Source: Gemmatimonadota bacterium
GTDB lineage: Bacteria > Gemmatimonadota > Gemmatimonadetes > Palauibacterales > Palauibacteraceae
DNA: 46,660 nucleotides
Reading direction: 5' to 3'
Assembly (NCBI GenBank): GCA_029861425.1
Contig: JAOTZH010000003.1
Span: forward strand, 1 to 46,660
Within the stretch, counting starts at the first letter, position 1. Each line of letters starts with the position of its first letter. This document shows, in pieces, positions 7,752-18,237 of the stretch. The notes below the pieces were generated by a model. That model was not told where the DNA came from. It saw nothing but the letters and a program-made list of their open reading frames with translations, and searched no databases. The position numbers and the translations under genes were made by a program.

Positions 7752-8453
7752 CTAGAAGGGGTTGGTCGCGAAGACGGCGAACTCCGGCACGAACCCCCGG
7801 CTGTCGACCTTCAGAGCGCCGATGATCGCGTCCGCGATCTCCCGGGCCCGAAGCTTCTTGGGCGACGGCGGTTGGTCGAAGCCGAGCTTCGACGCGAACT
7901 CGGTCATGACCTCGCTCGGGTTCACCAGCATTACGCGCACATCGTGTCGTCTCAGCTCATCTCGCCAGCACTCCGTCATGCCCCGGAGAGCGAACTTCGA
8001 AGAGCTGTATGCGGTGGACATCTGGCCACCGCGGAGCCCGGACGTCGACGAGATGTTGATCAACTCGCCGGACCCCTGCGCGATGAACTGCTTCGCCGCT
8101 TCGCGCCCCATCAGGAACGCACCGAACACGTTCGTCCGATAGACACTCTCGAGCTCTTCGAGCTCCATCTCGACGAGCGGTTTGAAGAGCCCGATGCCCG
8201 CGTTGTTTACGAGGATGTCGAGTCGCCCGTGCTTCTGCACGACTGTCGCGACCGTCGCGATGGCGTCGGCTTCGACGCCCACGTCCCCGGCGATCCAGTC
8301 GACCCCCAGTTCGTTTGCCCTGGTTTCCAGGACGTCCGCCCGACGCCCCGTGATCGTGACGCGGGCGCCATTCTCCTTCAGCGCCTCCGCGATTGCGGCC
8401 CCGATGCCTTCGCTGCCGCCCGTGATGAGCGCCACGCTTCCGTTCAAGTCCAT
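7752..8453 (-). CDS. Short-chain dehydrogenase/reductase (SDR)
   Basis: TGGSEGIG, NNAG, NISS, YSSSK catalytic motif. Confidence 0.93.
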   Translation of the reverse strand: MDLNGSVALITGGSEGIGAAIAEALKENGARVTITGRRADVLETRANELGVDWIAGDVGVEADAIATVATVVQKHGRLDILVNNAGIGLFKPLVEMELEELESVYRTNVFGAFLMGREAAKQFIAQGSGELINISSTSGLRGGQMSTAYSSSKFALRGMTECWRDELRRHDVRVMLVNPSEVMTEFASKLGFDQPPSPKKLRAREIADAIIGALKVDSRGFVPEFAVFATNPF

Positions 8454-8572
8454 TTGAGGCTCCTGTCTATCGGTCGAGAGAACGAAAAGGAGGCGTTAGG
8501 TTGTCCCCCGCAATCGCGCGCGCCTGTCGCGCCTCGAAAAACGTCCGTTTGTGGCACATCAGGAGTTCCTTC

Positions 8573-10102
8573 ATGAAGGCTGTCGCCGAGCCAACTCCCA
8601 GCGCCGAGTCCGCGATACCGGCGATCCCGCACCTGATCGGAGGGGAGCGTGTGTCCGGAACCTCCGGACGCAGCGTGGCCGTGTTCGAGCCCGCCACGGG
8701 CAGACATTCGGGAGAGCTGCCGCTGGCCAGCGTGAAGGAAGTCGACGTCGCGGTGGCCTCGGCGCAGGCCGCATTCGGGCAGTGGCGCGACGTCAGCATC
8801 GCACGACGCACGAAGCTCATGTACGCGTTCCGGAACCTCGTGGCCGACAACGCCGAAGAGATCGCCCGTCGGTTGACGGCAGAGCACGGAAAGGTGTTGA
8901 GCGACGCCCTCGGAGAGGTCGCGCGCGGCCTCGAGAACATCGAGTTCGCCTGTGGGCTCGCCGAGCACCTCAAGGGGACGTACAACGAGCATGCGTCGAC
9001 CGGGGTCGACGTGTACTCCGTGAGAAGGCCACTCGGAGTCGTCGCCGGGATCACGCCGTTCAACTTCCCCGCGATGGTTCCTCTGTGGATGCTCCCGAAC
9101 GCGATCGCCTGTGGAAACACGTTCGTGCTCAAGCCGTCGGAACGGGATCCCTCGGCCCCGACCTTCATCGCCGAGCTGTTTCACGAGGCCGGTTTTCCGC
9201 CGGGGGTCCTGAACGTCGTGCATGGAGACAAGGTCGCGGTCGACCGGCTGCTCGAGCACCCCGAGGTGAAGGCCGTGAGCTTCGTCGGTTCGACGCCGAT
9301 CGCCAGGTACGTCTACGAGACCGCCGCGTCTCATGGGAAGCGCGTCCAGGCGCTAGCCGGCGCCAAGAACCACCTGGTGGTATTGCCCGACGCCGATATC
9401 GATCTTGCGGCCGACTCGGCCGTTTCCGCCGCCTATGGCTCCGCCGGCGAGCGCTGCATGGCGATCTCGGTCGCGGTCGCGGTCGGCGATGCCGCCGACC
9501 CGCTGGTCGACGCGATCGCCGCCCGACTGGAGAAGCTGCGAATCGGTCCCGGAACCGACCCCGACTCCGAGATGGGCCCGCTGATCACGCGCGAGCACCG
9601 CGACCGCGTCGCTGAGTACGTGGGGATCGGCGATTCGGAGGGAGCCACGGTCGTCGTCGACGGACGTGACGCGGAGTTCGAGGGCGACGGTTTCTTCCTC
9701 GGCGTCACGTTGTTGGATCACGTGACGGCCGACATGAGGGTCTACCAGGACGAGATCTTCGGTCCCGTTCTGAGCGTCGTCCGGGTCGAGTCTTATCACG
9801 ATGCCGTCGACCTGATGAAGAACAACCAGTGGGGAAACGGAGCGGCGATCTTCACGCGGGACGGAGGAGCCGCCCGGCAGTTTCAAGAGGATGCCGACGC
9901 CGGGATGGTGGGAATCAACGTGCCGATCCCGGTCCCGGTCGGATATCACTCCTTCGGCGGCTGGAAGGACTCGGCGTTCGGAGACACCACGATGTACGGA
10001 CCCGAAGGCATCCACTTCTACACCCGGCCGAAGGTGATGACCTCGCGGTGGCCGGACCCGTCGCGCAGCGCCGTCGATCTGGGGTTCCCGACAAACCGCT
10101 GA
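8573..10102 (+). CDS. mmsA: CoA-acylating methylmalonate/malonate-semialdehyde dehydrogenase
   Basis: GITPFNFPAMVPLW, KPSERDP, SFVGSTPIA, GAKNH, AGERCMA, EIFGPV, GINVPIPVP, SFGGWK; AGGAG RBS. Confidence 0.95.
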   Translation: MKAVAEPTPSAESAIPAIPHLIGGERVSGTSGRSVAVFEPATGRHSGELPLASVKEVDVAVASAQAAFGQWRDVSIARRTKLMYAFRNLVADNAEEIARRLTAEHGKVLSDALGEVARGLENIEFACGLAEHLKGTYNEHASTGVDVYSVRRPLGVVAGITPFNFPAMVPLWMLPNAIACGNTFVLKPSERDPSAPTFIAELFHEAGFPPGVLNVVHGDKVAVDRLLEHPEVKAVSFVGSTPIARYVYETAASHGKRVQALAGAKNHLVVLPDADIDLAADSAVSAAYGSAGERCMAISVAVAVGDAADPLVDAIAARLEKLRIGPGTDPDSEMGPLITREHRDRVAEYVGIGDSEGATVVVDGRDAEFEGDGFFLGVTLLDHVTADMRVYQDEIFGPVLSVVRVESYHDAVDLMKNNQWGNGAAIFTRDGGAARQFQEDADAGMVGINVPIPVPVGYHSFGGWKDSAFGDTTMYGPEGIHFYTRPKVMTSRWPDPSRSAVDLGFPTNR

Positions 10103-10201
10103 GCCGGCTGGAGACGGCCGGCGGGACCCTCTTTCGCGCGGGAGTCGCGTTTCCGACGTTGGATTGGTCGGGTCCGAGTGTCGCTAGAGAAGGAGGGTGC
10201 C

Positions 10202-11110
10202 ATGGAGGTCGATCGCCGCAAATTTCTCGCTTCCATTGGTGCCGGCGCGCTGGCCGTCATGTCGCACGAGGACCGTGCGGAGGCCCTGGAGCATTACATG
10301 GTCGACGTGCTCGACGGCGAGGATCCGCTCCACGGCGATCATGACCACGACCACGTTCCCGCGAACGCCCCCCGCACCGAGGACTTGTCCGAGCGACTCC
10401 TGGACGAGAACGAACTGCTTCGGGATGCGGCCGACGCCGAGGCGGAGCTCGCCGACCACGACGACCACGAGGCCGAGCAGGAGGCACAGGAGCAGCGGCC
10501 TCCGCGCGGGGTCGGGAATCTGTTCCGCCCCGGCGACGGCGAGTTCGAGCCCATGCCCGACAACGCGACGCTGGAGGACTTCTTCCGGCTACGCTTCGCG
10601 CCGGCGAACCACGTGCTCCAGAGCGCGACGCACGCGCTCGAGGACGGACAGCCCGAGGAGAACATCATCGCGGGCCTCCTGCACGACACCGTGCAGAACC
10701 TGATGAAGGTCGACCACGGGTGGTGGGGGGCACAGCTCTACGAACCCTACGTCTCAGAGTACATCAGCTGGGGCATCAGGTATCACGCCGCGCTCCGCTT
10801 CTATCCGGATGACCAGTACGGATACGAGTATCCCGAGCTCTACAACCGGATCTTCGGCGAGGATTACGTCCCGCCGGACTACATCCGCCAGCAGTACGAG
10901 TTCGCGAAGACACACCCGCTCTACGTGTCCGCCCGCATGATCTGCGTGAACGACACCTACGCGTTTACGGAGGGTCAGGAGGTCTCGCTAGACCCGTTCA
11001 TCGACATGATCGGACGCCACTTCAAGCAGCCGAAGGAAGGGTTGGGGTACGACAACAGCCCGGTGGCGCACATGTGGCGAACGATCGCGATGCCGAACAA
11101 CCCGCTCTGA
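10202..11110 (+). CDS. HD-domain protein (PhnZ/TmpB/MIOX-like diiron enzyme) with Tat-like N-terminus
   Basis: DRRKFL plus hydrophobic segment; HVLQSA, LLHD, DH, YH, ND give the H..HD..H..H..D ligand set. Confidence 0.75.
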   Translation: MEVDRRKFLASIGAGALAVMSHEDRAEALEHYMVDVLDGEDPLHGDHDHDHVPANAPRTEDLSERLLDENELLRDAADAEAELADHDDHEAEQEAQEQRPPRGVGNLFRPGDGEFEPMPDNATLEDFFRLRFAPANHVLQSATHALEDGQPEENIIAGLLHDTVQNLMKVDHGWWGAQLYEPYVSEYISWGIRYHAALRFYPDDQYGYEYPELYNRIFGEDYVPPDYIRQQYEFAKTHPLYVSARMICVNDTYAFTEGQEVSLDPFIDMIGRHFKQPKEGLGYDNSPVAHMWRTIAMPNNPL

Positions 11111-11181
11111 GCGAGTCCGCCGCCGGCCACACGTCACCCTCAACCGGTCCTCGCCGACGTCGTAGCAACGAGCAGGAGGCC

Positions 11182-12522
11182 ATGACAACCGACGTGCTGA
11201 TCGGCGAGACCGAATACTTCCCGGGTCTGGGGCCCGTCTCCTTCGAAGGCCCGGGGTCCGATAACCCGCTCGCCTTCGCCTGGTACGATGCGGAGATGAT
11301 CGTGGGGGGACGCGCCTTGCGCGACCACCTCCGGTTCTCGATCGCCTACTGGCACAGTCTGGTGGGAGGGGGGCAGGACCCGTTCGGGGCATCGACCCGT
11401 CCGATGGCCTGGAACGAAGCGTCCGATCCGATGCGTGCGGCCCGCGACCGTCTGGACGCCGCGTTCGAGCTGATCACGAAGCTCGGTGTGCCGTTCTACT
11501 GCTTCCACGACCGCGACCTCGCGCCCGAGGGCGGATCGGTCGACGAGTCGGCCGATCGCCTCGCGGAGATGGTAGAGCTGGCGCGTGGAAAGCAGGACGC
11601 ATCGGGAGTGCGTCTGTTGTGGGGGACGGCGAATCTCTTCTCCCATCCACGCTACATGAACGGGGCGGCGACGAACCCCGACTTTCAGGTGCTGGCGTAC
11701 GCGGCGGCACAGGTGAAGGCCGCCCTGGATGCGACGGTGGCGCTGGGGGGCGAGAACTACGTGTTCTGGGGAGGGCGCGAAGGGTATTTCTCGCTCCTCA
11801 ACACGGACATGGAGCGCGAGCTCGACCACCTCGCGGGATTTCTCCGGCGCGCGCGGGATTATGGTCGCTCGATCGGGTTCGAGGGCGCGTATCTGATCGA
11901 ACCAAAGCCGATGGAGCCCACGAAGCACCAGTATGACTTCGACGTCGCGACGGTGATCGCCTTCCTGCGTCAGCACGACCTGACCGACGACTTCAAGCTC
12001 AACATCGAGAACAACCACGCGACTCTGGCCGGGCACACGTTCGCGCACGAAGTCGAGATCGCGGGGTCGGCGGGGCTGCTCGGGAGCCTGGACGTGAACC
12101 AGGGCGACCCGCAGAACGGTTGGGACACCGATGAGTTCCTCCACGATCTGCGCGATACGGTCGAGATGTGCCTGGCTCTGATGCGACATGGGGGGCTGGG
12201 GTCCGGCGGGATGAACTTCGACGCCAAGATCCGGCGGAGCTCGACCGACCCGGAGGACATCTTCATCGCCCACATCCACTCGATGGACACGATCGCCCGG
12301 GCGTTCATCGTCGCGAGTCGGATTCTCGAGGAGTCCGACTTTCTGGAGCTCAGACGCGAGCGCTACGCAAGCTATGATTCCGGCGCCGGAGCGCGGTACC
12401 AGGCGGGTGAGCTGGACCTCGCCGACCTCGCGCGCCTGGCTGGTGAGCTGGGAGAGCCCCCTCTGAAGAGCGGACAGCAGGAGCGCTACGAGCAACTCCT
12501 GAGCCGCTACCTGACCCGTTGA
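11182..12522 (+). CDS. xylA: Xylose isomerase (class II)
   Basis: [60 protein letters not shown]. Confidence 0.97.
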   Translation: MTTDVLIGETEYFPGLGPVSFEGPGSDNPLAFAWYDAEMIVGGRALRDHLRFSIAYWHSLVGGGQDPFGASTRPMAWNEASDPMRAARDRLDAAFELITKLGVPFYCFHDRDLAPEGGSVDESADRLAEMVELARGKQDASGVRLLWGTANLFSHPRYMNGAATNPDFQVLAYAAAQVKAALDATVALGGENYVFWGGREGYFSLLNTDMERELDHLAGFLRRARDYGRSIGFEGAYLIEPKPMEPTKHQYDFDVATVIAFLRQHDLTDDFKLNIENNHATLAGHTFAHEVEIAGSAGLLGSLDVNQGDPQNGWDTDEFLHDLRDTVEMCLALMRHGGLGSGGMNFDAKIRRSSTDPEDIFIAHIHSMDTIARAFIVASRILEESDFLELRRERYASYDSGAGARYQAGELDLADLARLAGELGEPPLKSGQQERYEQLLSRYLTR

Positions 12523-12529
12523 TGTCGGG

Positions 12530-14155
12530 GTGTCGAGGTTGAATCTCGCGGCTGGCGGAACGCCCTTGTTCGGGGGGCTCGACGTCTCCACACAGGGCTG
12601 CAAGCTCGTCGTCATCGATCTCGAAGCCGCGGACGTGATCCACGTGGATCGCGTGGGTTATGACGAGGACCTGCCGCAATACGGCACGAGAGACGGAGTG
12701 ATCGCGGATGCGCCCGAGGGTGTCTCGGAGTCCGATCCGCGGATGTGGATCGATGCCGTCGAGATGATCCTGGCCAGGCTCGCGTCGTCCGGGGTGCCGG
12801 GGGATCGGATCGGGGCCCTCGGCGTGTCGGGTCAGCAGCACGGTCTCGTCGCTCTGGACGCTACAGGCGGTCTGGCCCGGCCGACCAGCAAGCTCTGGAA
12901 CGATTTCTCCACGGCCGAGGAGTGCGCCCTCCTGACCGCGGCGGTCGGCGGAGTCGACGAGATGATCGCCGAGGTAGCCAATAGCCAGCGGACCGGCTAT
13001 ACGGCCGGGAAGATCTATCACCTGGTCCGCCACGAGCCGGAGGCGTATGCCCGCGCGGCGACGCTCTTCATCGTCAAGGACTTCGTGAACTGGTTCCTCA
13101 CGGGCGGGGTCGACGGCGGCGTTCGAGCGATGGAGCCCGGCGATGCCTCCGGAACGGCTCTGTGGAACCCGGCGACGGGACGGTGGTCTGAGAGACTGCT
13201 GAGCGCGATCGATCCGGGGCTGGCGGACAAGCTGCCACCGGTGGGGTCGTCCGATCGCCCGATCGGCCGGTTGGCGCCCGCGCTGGCCGATCGGTTCGGT
13301 CTTGCCCGCGACTGCCTCGTGGCCCCCGGATCGGGCGACAACATGTGCGCCGCTGTCGGCACGGGGAACGTCTGCGAAGGCGTCGTCACGATCAGCCTCG
13401 GTACGAGTGGGACCGCCGGCACGTATCGTGAAGAGCCCTTCGTCGATCCGGCGGGTGAAATCGCCTCCTATCGGGACGCGACCGGCGGATACCTGCCGCT
13501 ACTCTGCGTGTCCAACCTCGCGAACGGATACAACGAGCTCCTGCGGCTGCACGGCCTGACCCACGACGCCTTCGACGAGATCGTCGAGGCCGTCCCTCCC
13601 GCGAACGACGGGCGAGTCCTGATCCCATGGTACGCCGGCGAGCGGACGCCGGACGTTCCGAACGCGTCGCCGATCTACTTCGGCTTCGACCTCGAGAGTC
13701 TGGAACTCGCTCCATTGTGCCGGGCGGTCCTGGAGGGACATGTGCTCAACCTGCACGCCGGATTCTCGGGCATGCCGATCGACCTGCGGCGGGTCTCCGA
13801 GATGCGCTTGACTGGCGGGTTGGCACGATCGCCAGGGTGGTGTCAGACGATCGCCGACGTGTTCGATACCCCGGTCGTGCGGGTGGCGGGGGAGGGGGCG
13901 GCGCTCGGCGCGGCCCTGACGGCGGCCTGGGTCTGGCTCGCCGACCAGGGCCGGGCGGCTCCGATCGATCAGGTCGTCGACCCCTTCGTCAAGCTGGAGG
14001 GTGCAAGTCGGAAGGATCCGCGCGCCGAGCATCGGGAGGTCTACGAGCGGCTGCGGCAGCTTTACGCCGCATTGAGCGGTCGGATCAGAGGGCTGGAATC
14101 CGCCGATCCGTTCGAGCTGCGTGCCGCTTTGCTGGGCTCGCGATCCGCCAGCTGA
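12530..14155 (+). CDS. xylB: Xylulokinase (FGGY kinase)
   Basis: GLDVSTQ, SGQQHG, LWND, GDASGT, GDN, SLGTSGT, GERTP, LTGG; directly after xylA. Confidence 0.88.
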   Translation: MSRLNLAAGGTPLFGGLDVSTQGCKLVVIDLEAADVIHVDRVGYDEDLPQYGTRDGVIADAPEGVSESDPRMWIDAVEMILARLASSGVPGDRIGALGVSGQQHGLVALDATGGLARPTSKLWNDFSTAEECALLTAAVGGVDEMIAEVANSQRTGYTAGKIYHLVRHEPEAYARAATLFIVKDFVNWFLTGGVDGGVRAMEPGDASGTALWNPATGRWSERLLSAIDPGLADKLPPVGSSDRPIGRLAPALADRFGLARDCLVAPGSGDNMCAAVGTGNVCEGVVTISLGTSGTAGTYREEPFVDPAGEIASYRDATGGYLPLLCVSNLANGYNELLRLHGLTHDAFDEIVEAVPPANDGRVLIPWYAGERTPDVPNASPIYFGFDLESLELAPLCRAVLEGHVLNLHAGFSGMPIDLRRVSEMRLTGGLARSPGWCQTIADVFDTPVVRVAGEGAALGAALTAAWVWLADQGRAAPIDQVVDPFVKLEGASRKDPRAEHREVYERLRQLYAALSGRIRGLESADPFELRAALLGSRSAS

Positions 14156-14187
14156 TCTCCTCCTCCGCGAGCCGGGTCGTGGAGCCC

Positions 14188-15798
14188 TCAGCTTGCGCCG
14201 CTAATGTCGAGATCGGCTTGCTTGAGCTTCTCGCCGAGCTCCCGCGCCAGGTTCCGATACAGAGCGACGCCGATATCGGGACGCTGACGGACGAGTCGCT
14301 CGAGTGGCTCGCGACCGAGGGTCCCCGCTTCCACCGGCTCGCTCGCCACCGCGGTCGCAGAATGCGGCGCCCTCGTGAGCAGCGCGACCTCCCCGACACA
14401 CCCACCCGGTCCGACCTCGCCCACGGCTCCATCCTCGCCTTCGATCGTGACGCGTCCCTCCGTCACCAGGAACATGCGGTCGCCGGGCTCCCCCCGTTCG
14501 AACAACCGTTCTCCGGTTTCGAGGCGGGTATACTCGAGTAGCCCCTCGATCCGGCCGGCCTGCTCTTCGGTGAGGTCGGAGCAGAGAAGGACATCCTCCA
14601 GAGCCCTTCGGATGCGCGGCCGCCTCTCCTGCTGACGGAGCTGTTCAAGCACGACTTCGGTGACCGTCATGGCCGCGGCGGGCAGCTCATCGGACGGTAC
14701 GACGGCAGGCTGGAGGAGACGCCACATCTTCACGACATCTCTCCTCTCGACCGCGTGGAACGAGTGGGCTGGCAGGTACGCCGCGGGTCTGTAGTCCAGC
14801 TCGAGAAGGGTGCGCTGCAGGCTGGGTGCATTCGCCGCCACGTCGATCTCGATCGTAACGAGGTCCCACTCCTCCACGGCCCGGCGTCCGAGGTCGGCGA
14901 GCAGCTGACGGGCGACCGCTTGATCGACCTGAATCAGCTCGAAGATCCGCAGATGAAGGTCCTGCCGATCGAGGATGAAGCCGACGGCGCCCACCACCCT
15001 GCCCCCGTCCCTGGCGATGAGGTAGTGCGCGTGAGTCGCGAGAAGCTTGAACCGACCGTAGTGAAGCTGGAGCGGTCCGAACACCTCGCGGTTCCGTACC
15101 CTGCCGCGTTCGATCCTCAAGAGCGACGTGTACCCTTCCGCCTGTAGCTTTTCGATCTGTACGTCCCCGCCGTGCGGATAGGGCGCTGCCTGCTCGTCGA
15201 CGATCACGTCGAGGTCGAGCCCGACGTTTTCCATCGCGAGGCCCGCGAGCGCATACGCCTCCGGGATGATTCGCGGGTGGTTGTTCCGCAGGGACAGCGC
15301 ATCGCCAAAATGGCGCATGTACAAAACGGCGTGCTCACGTGAATTCGAGAACACGAGGCCGTTCGGCAGCATGCCGACGGGTGCGAACTCGTGCCTCGTC
15401 GCGAGACGGCACGCGTAGGGGTGAATCGTCCGGGCTTCGACGATCCCGACGTGCAGTCGATCCTTGACTCGATCCAGTCGAGCGCGCATGAGGTGCGTCG
15501 CGACCCCCTGGTTTCGGAATTCCGGGTGTACCACCAGCCGGCCGAGCTCGCCGATCAGGTCCGAATAGGCACCGATCTCGAGCATGACGGACGCGGTTCC
15601 AACGAGCCGACCGCTAGCGTCCTCCGCGACGAACATGAGGGTGCCTTCCGAGAGGATCATCTTCCGGATGCTCAGATCCTCGTAGTACTGGGGGTACATG
15701 TACCCGTCCCCGTAGCCGGCAATGAAGAGCTCGATGATGGCGCCGGCGTCGGCCTCCGTTGCCTCGCGGATCTGAACGGGAGACCGGTCGTCACTCAA
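14188..15798 (-). CDS. GNAT acetyltransferase fused to C-terminal cNMP-binding domain
   Basis: N-terminal GRLVVHPEFRNQGVA; second GNAT-like segment; C-terminal LFERGEPGDRMFLV..G.V, GEVALL..APHSATA. Confidence 0.85.
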   Translation of the reverse strand: MSDDRSPVQIREATEADAGAIIELFIAGYGDGYMYPQYYEDLSIRKMILSEGTLMFVAEDASGRLVGTASVMLEIGAYSDLIGELGRLVVHPEFRNQGVATHLMRARLDRVKDRLHVGIVEARTIHPYACRLATRHEFAPVGMLPNGLVFSNSREHAVLYMRHFGDALSLRNNHPRIIPEAYALAGLAMENVGLDLDVIVDEQAAPYPHGGDVQIEKLQAEGYTSLLRIERGRVRNREVFGPLQLHYGRFKLLATHAHYLIARDGGRVVGAVGFILDRQDLHLRIFELIQVDQAVARQLLADLGRRAVEEWDLVTIEIDVAANAPSLQRTLLELDYRPAAYLPAHSFHAVERRDVVKMWRLLQPAVVPSDELPAAAMTVTEVVLEQLRQQERRPRIRRALEDVLLCSDLTEEQAGRIEGLLEYTRLETGERLFERGEPGDRMFLVTEGRVTIEGEDGAVGEVGPGGCVGEVALLTRAPHSATAVASEPVEAGTLGREPLERLVRQRPDIGVALYRNLARELGEKLKQADLDISGAS

Positions 15799-16987
15799 CG
15801 GACTTCCGCTCCCGGATCGCCCGCCCGCCGACCCTCACGACCTCGATCATCCACGCCGCACCCGTCCGGAGAGCTTGCTCGTCGAAGTCGAAGCGGCTCG
15901 AGTGAGCGGGGAAGCCGGCCCCTCCCTCCACCTGCGAGCCGACGCGGATGTAGCAGCCGGGGATCTGCTCCAGGAAGTAGGCGAAGTCCTCGCCACCCAT
16001 GTTCGCCTGCGTCAGCTCCGTCACCCGACCCGGGGCGCACACGGCGCGTGCCGCCTCGCGGGCCAGCTCGGTTGCGCCCGAAGTGTTGCTCACGACGGGC
16101 GTGCCGGATCTGAAATCGATCTCCACCCGCGCCCCGTGGAGCCTCCCCACCGACGTGGCGATCCGCTCGACGGCGGCCTTGAAGCTCTGACGCGACGCCT
16201 CGTCCTGGGTCCTGATCGTCCCTTCGAGAACCGCCCGACCGGCGATCGCATTGCCGACCGTGCCCGCGTCGAAGCGACCCACGGAGACCACGGCGGGGCT
16301 GGCCGGATTCACCTCACGCGAGACGATGGTCTGGATCGCCATCACCATGAGACTGCCGACGACCACCGCATCCACGCTCTCGTGAGGGCGCGCGGCGTGC
16401 CCGCCCCGCCCCGAGATGTCGATGCAAAACGCGTCCGTCGACGCGCTCACGGCTCCCTCGGTGACGACGAGGGTGCCCGGGGAAAAGTGACGGTCGAGAT
16501 GCGCACCGAAGATCAACTCGACATCCTCGAGCACACCCTCATCGACCATGGCCTTCGCCCCCGCGCCCTTCTCCTCAGCCGGCTGAAAGATCAGCCGGAT
16601 CGCGCAAGGAAGGTCGTCCATTCGACTGAGGACCTCGGCCGCGCCGAGGAGCATCGACACGTGACCGTCGTGCCCACACGCGTGCATGACTCCCGGTGTC
16701 TCGGACGCGAAGGGGAGTCCGGTTTCTTCATGTATGGGGAGGGCGTCGAGGTCGGCGCGAAGAGCGATCAAGGGGGCCCCCTCCGGACCCGCGATTTCGG
16801 CGACGACGCCGGTGTCGCACAGACGTCGGTGCGGGATCCCGAGGGCATCGAGCGCCTCGCCGACTTTGCCGGCGGTACGGTGCTCCTCCCAGCTCAGCTC
16901 GGGGTGGCGGTGAAGATCACGACGTACCGTAACCATGCGCTCGAAGATGGGCGCTTCGATCAAGCCGGCGATCTGCTGCGCGGACAT
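15791..16987 (-). CDS. M20D family amidohydrolase (hippuricase/aminoacylase-like)
   Basis: RRDLHRHPELS, ALRADLDALP, MHACGHDGH, FQPAEE, GGHAARPH, GGEDF, H..RFD.DE. Confidence 0.93.
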   Translation of the reverse strand: MSAQQIAGLIEAPIFERMVTVRRDLHRHPELSWEEHRTAGKVGEALDALGIPHRRLCDTGVVAEIAGPEGAPLIALRADLDALPIHEETGLPFASETPGVMHACGHDGHVSMLLGAAEVLSRMDDLPCAIRLIFQPAEEKGAGAKAMVDEGVLEDVELIFGAHLDRHFSPGTLVVTEGAVSASTDAFCIDISGRGGHAARPHESVDAVVVGSLMVMAIQTIVSREVNPASPAVVSVGRFDAGTVGNAIAGRAVLEGTIRTQDEASRQSFKAAVERIATSVGRLHGARVEIDFRSGTPVVSNTSGATELAREAARAVCAPGRVTELTQANMGGEDFAYFLEQIPGCYIRVGSQVEGGAGFPAHSSRFDFDEQALRTGAAWMIEVVRVGGRAIRERKSVE

Positions 16988-17271
16988 CGTACCCCCAGGG
17001 TGAAAACACGGTCTGGGGGCGCAAGCCGCGTTCCCGCTGTCGGGGGCCGGTGCTGGGGTCTCAAGTGCCTGTGAATAAAGCGGATATGGGGATGCGGACT
17101 CGCCGGCGCCGGCTGCTATCTCCCGCATGAGCGCGTCATTTCGTCCCCGTTAGGGACAGGGAGTCCCGAATCGTGCGACCGGTGGGGCCCTGTCCGGGAA
17201 CTACCGGGCAGGAGCCTTCGTTCCCACATTGCGCGTTCGCGCTCGGTCTGCTCACTGACACGGAGGTCTCT

Positions 17272-18231
17272 CTGCCGGCCCTGGGGACAGCGAAGTTCAC
17301 CGATCCGCACCTGACTGCGAAGGGAGACCGTCGTGCGACGGTCCGGCTCGACTCGCTCGATACGCTCTGGTTCAACACCGGGACGCTCTGCAACATCGAG
17401 TGTGCCAACTGCTATATCGAGTCGAGCCCGACGAATGACCGCCTGGCGTACCTGTCCCTCGGCGAGGTTCGGACGTACCTGAACGAGATCGCGGACTCGG
17501 CGTTGGCGACGCGCGAAATCGGCTTCACGGGGGGAGAACCCTTCATGAACCCGGAGCTGATCCCGATGCTTCGCGAGGTCCTCGGCCGGAGGTTCGAGGC
17601 GCTCGTCCTGACCAACGCCATGCAGCCACTCCAACGTCCTGCCGTGAAGTCCGCTCTCCTCGAACTGAAGGCAGAGCTGGAGGCGCGCGGGAACGGCGCT
17701 CTGGATCACCTGACCTTCCGGGTGAGCCTGGATCACCACCGCGCGGAGCTGCATGACCGGGAGCGTGGGGATGGGTCCTGGCCAACGGCCGTCGCCGGTC
17801 TGGAGTGGCTGCGCGACCACGGCTTTCGGCTGAACGTCGCCGGGCGGACCTGCTGGGGTGAGGAAGAGGCCGCGGCGCGCGTCGGGTACGCCCACTTCTT
17901 CGCCGACCATGATCTCCCGATCGATGCGAATCACCCTGGGGAGCTCGTCCTGTTCCCGGAAATGGACGAGTCGGCGGACGTGCCGGAAATCACGGTCGAT
18001 TGCTGGGATATCCTCGGCCAGAGTCCGTCCGATGTGATGTGCGCGTCGAGCCGCATGGTCGTGAAGCGGACGGGCGACGACCGGCCGGCGGTGCTTGCCT
18101 GCACGCTTCTGCCCTACGACGAGGCGTTCGAGCTCGGCTCTACGCTGGCGGAAGCGGACGTCGAGGTCCCGCTGAACCACACGCACTGCTCGAAGTTCTG
18201 TGTTCTCGGCGGCGGGAGCTGCAGCGCCTGA
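17272..18231 (+). CDS. Radical SAM protein with Cys-rich C-terminus
   Basis: CNIECANC (CxxxCxxC), FTGGEPF, LTNA, VSLD; C-terminal MCASSRM, ACTLL, HCSKFCVLGGGSCS; start uncertain (CTG 17272 after GGAGG, or GTG 17173). Confidence 0.88.
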   Translation: MPALGTAKFTDPHLTAKGDRRATVRLDSLDTLWFNTGTLCNIECANCYIESSPTNDRLAYLSLGEVRTYLNEIADSALATREIGFTGGEPFMNPELIPMLREVLGRRFEALVLTNAMQPLQRPAVKSALLELKAELEARGNGALDHLTFRVSLDHHRAELHDRERGDGSWPTAVAGLEWLRDHGFRLNVAGRTCWGEEEAAARVGYAHFFADHDLPIDANHPGELVLFPEMDESADVPEITVDCWDILGQSPSDVMCASSRMVVKRTGDDRPAVLACTLLPYDEAFELGSTLAEADVEVPLNHTHCSKFCVLGGGSCSA

Positions 18232-18237
18232 CGCGAC

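Noticed and set aside
10330-10500. Repetitive GACCAC/GACGAC-rich stretch
   Set aside because: Encodes the His/Asp/Glu linker of the HD protein; not a CRISPR array or DNA repeat element
11140-12615. Long antisense ORFs (e.g. 11140-12615, 19616-21100, 22934-24436, 15875-17074)
   Set aside because: Shadow ORFs opposite well-supported genes, as expected in high-GC DNA; no motifs
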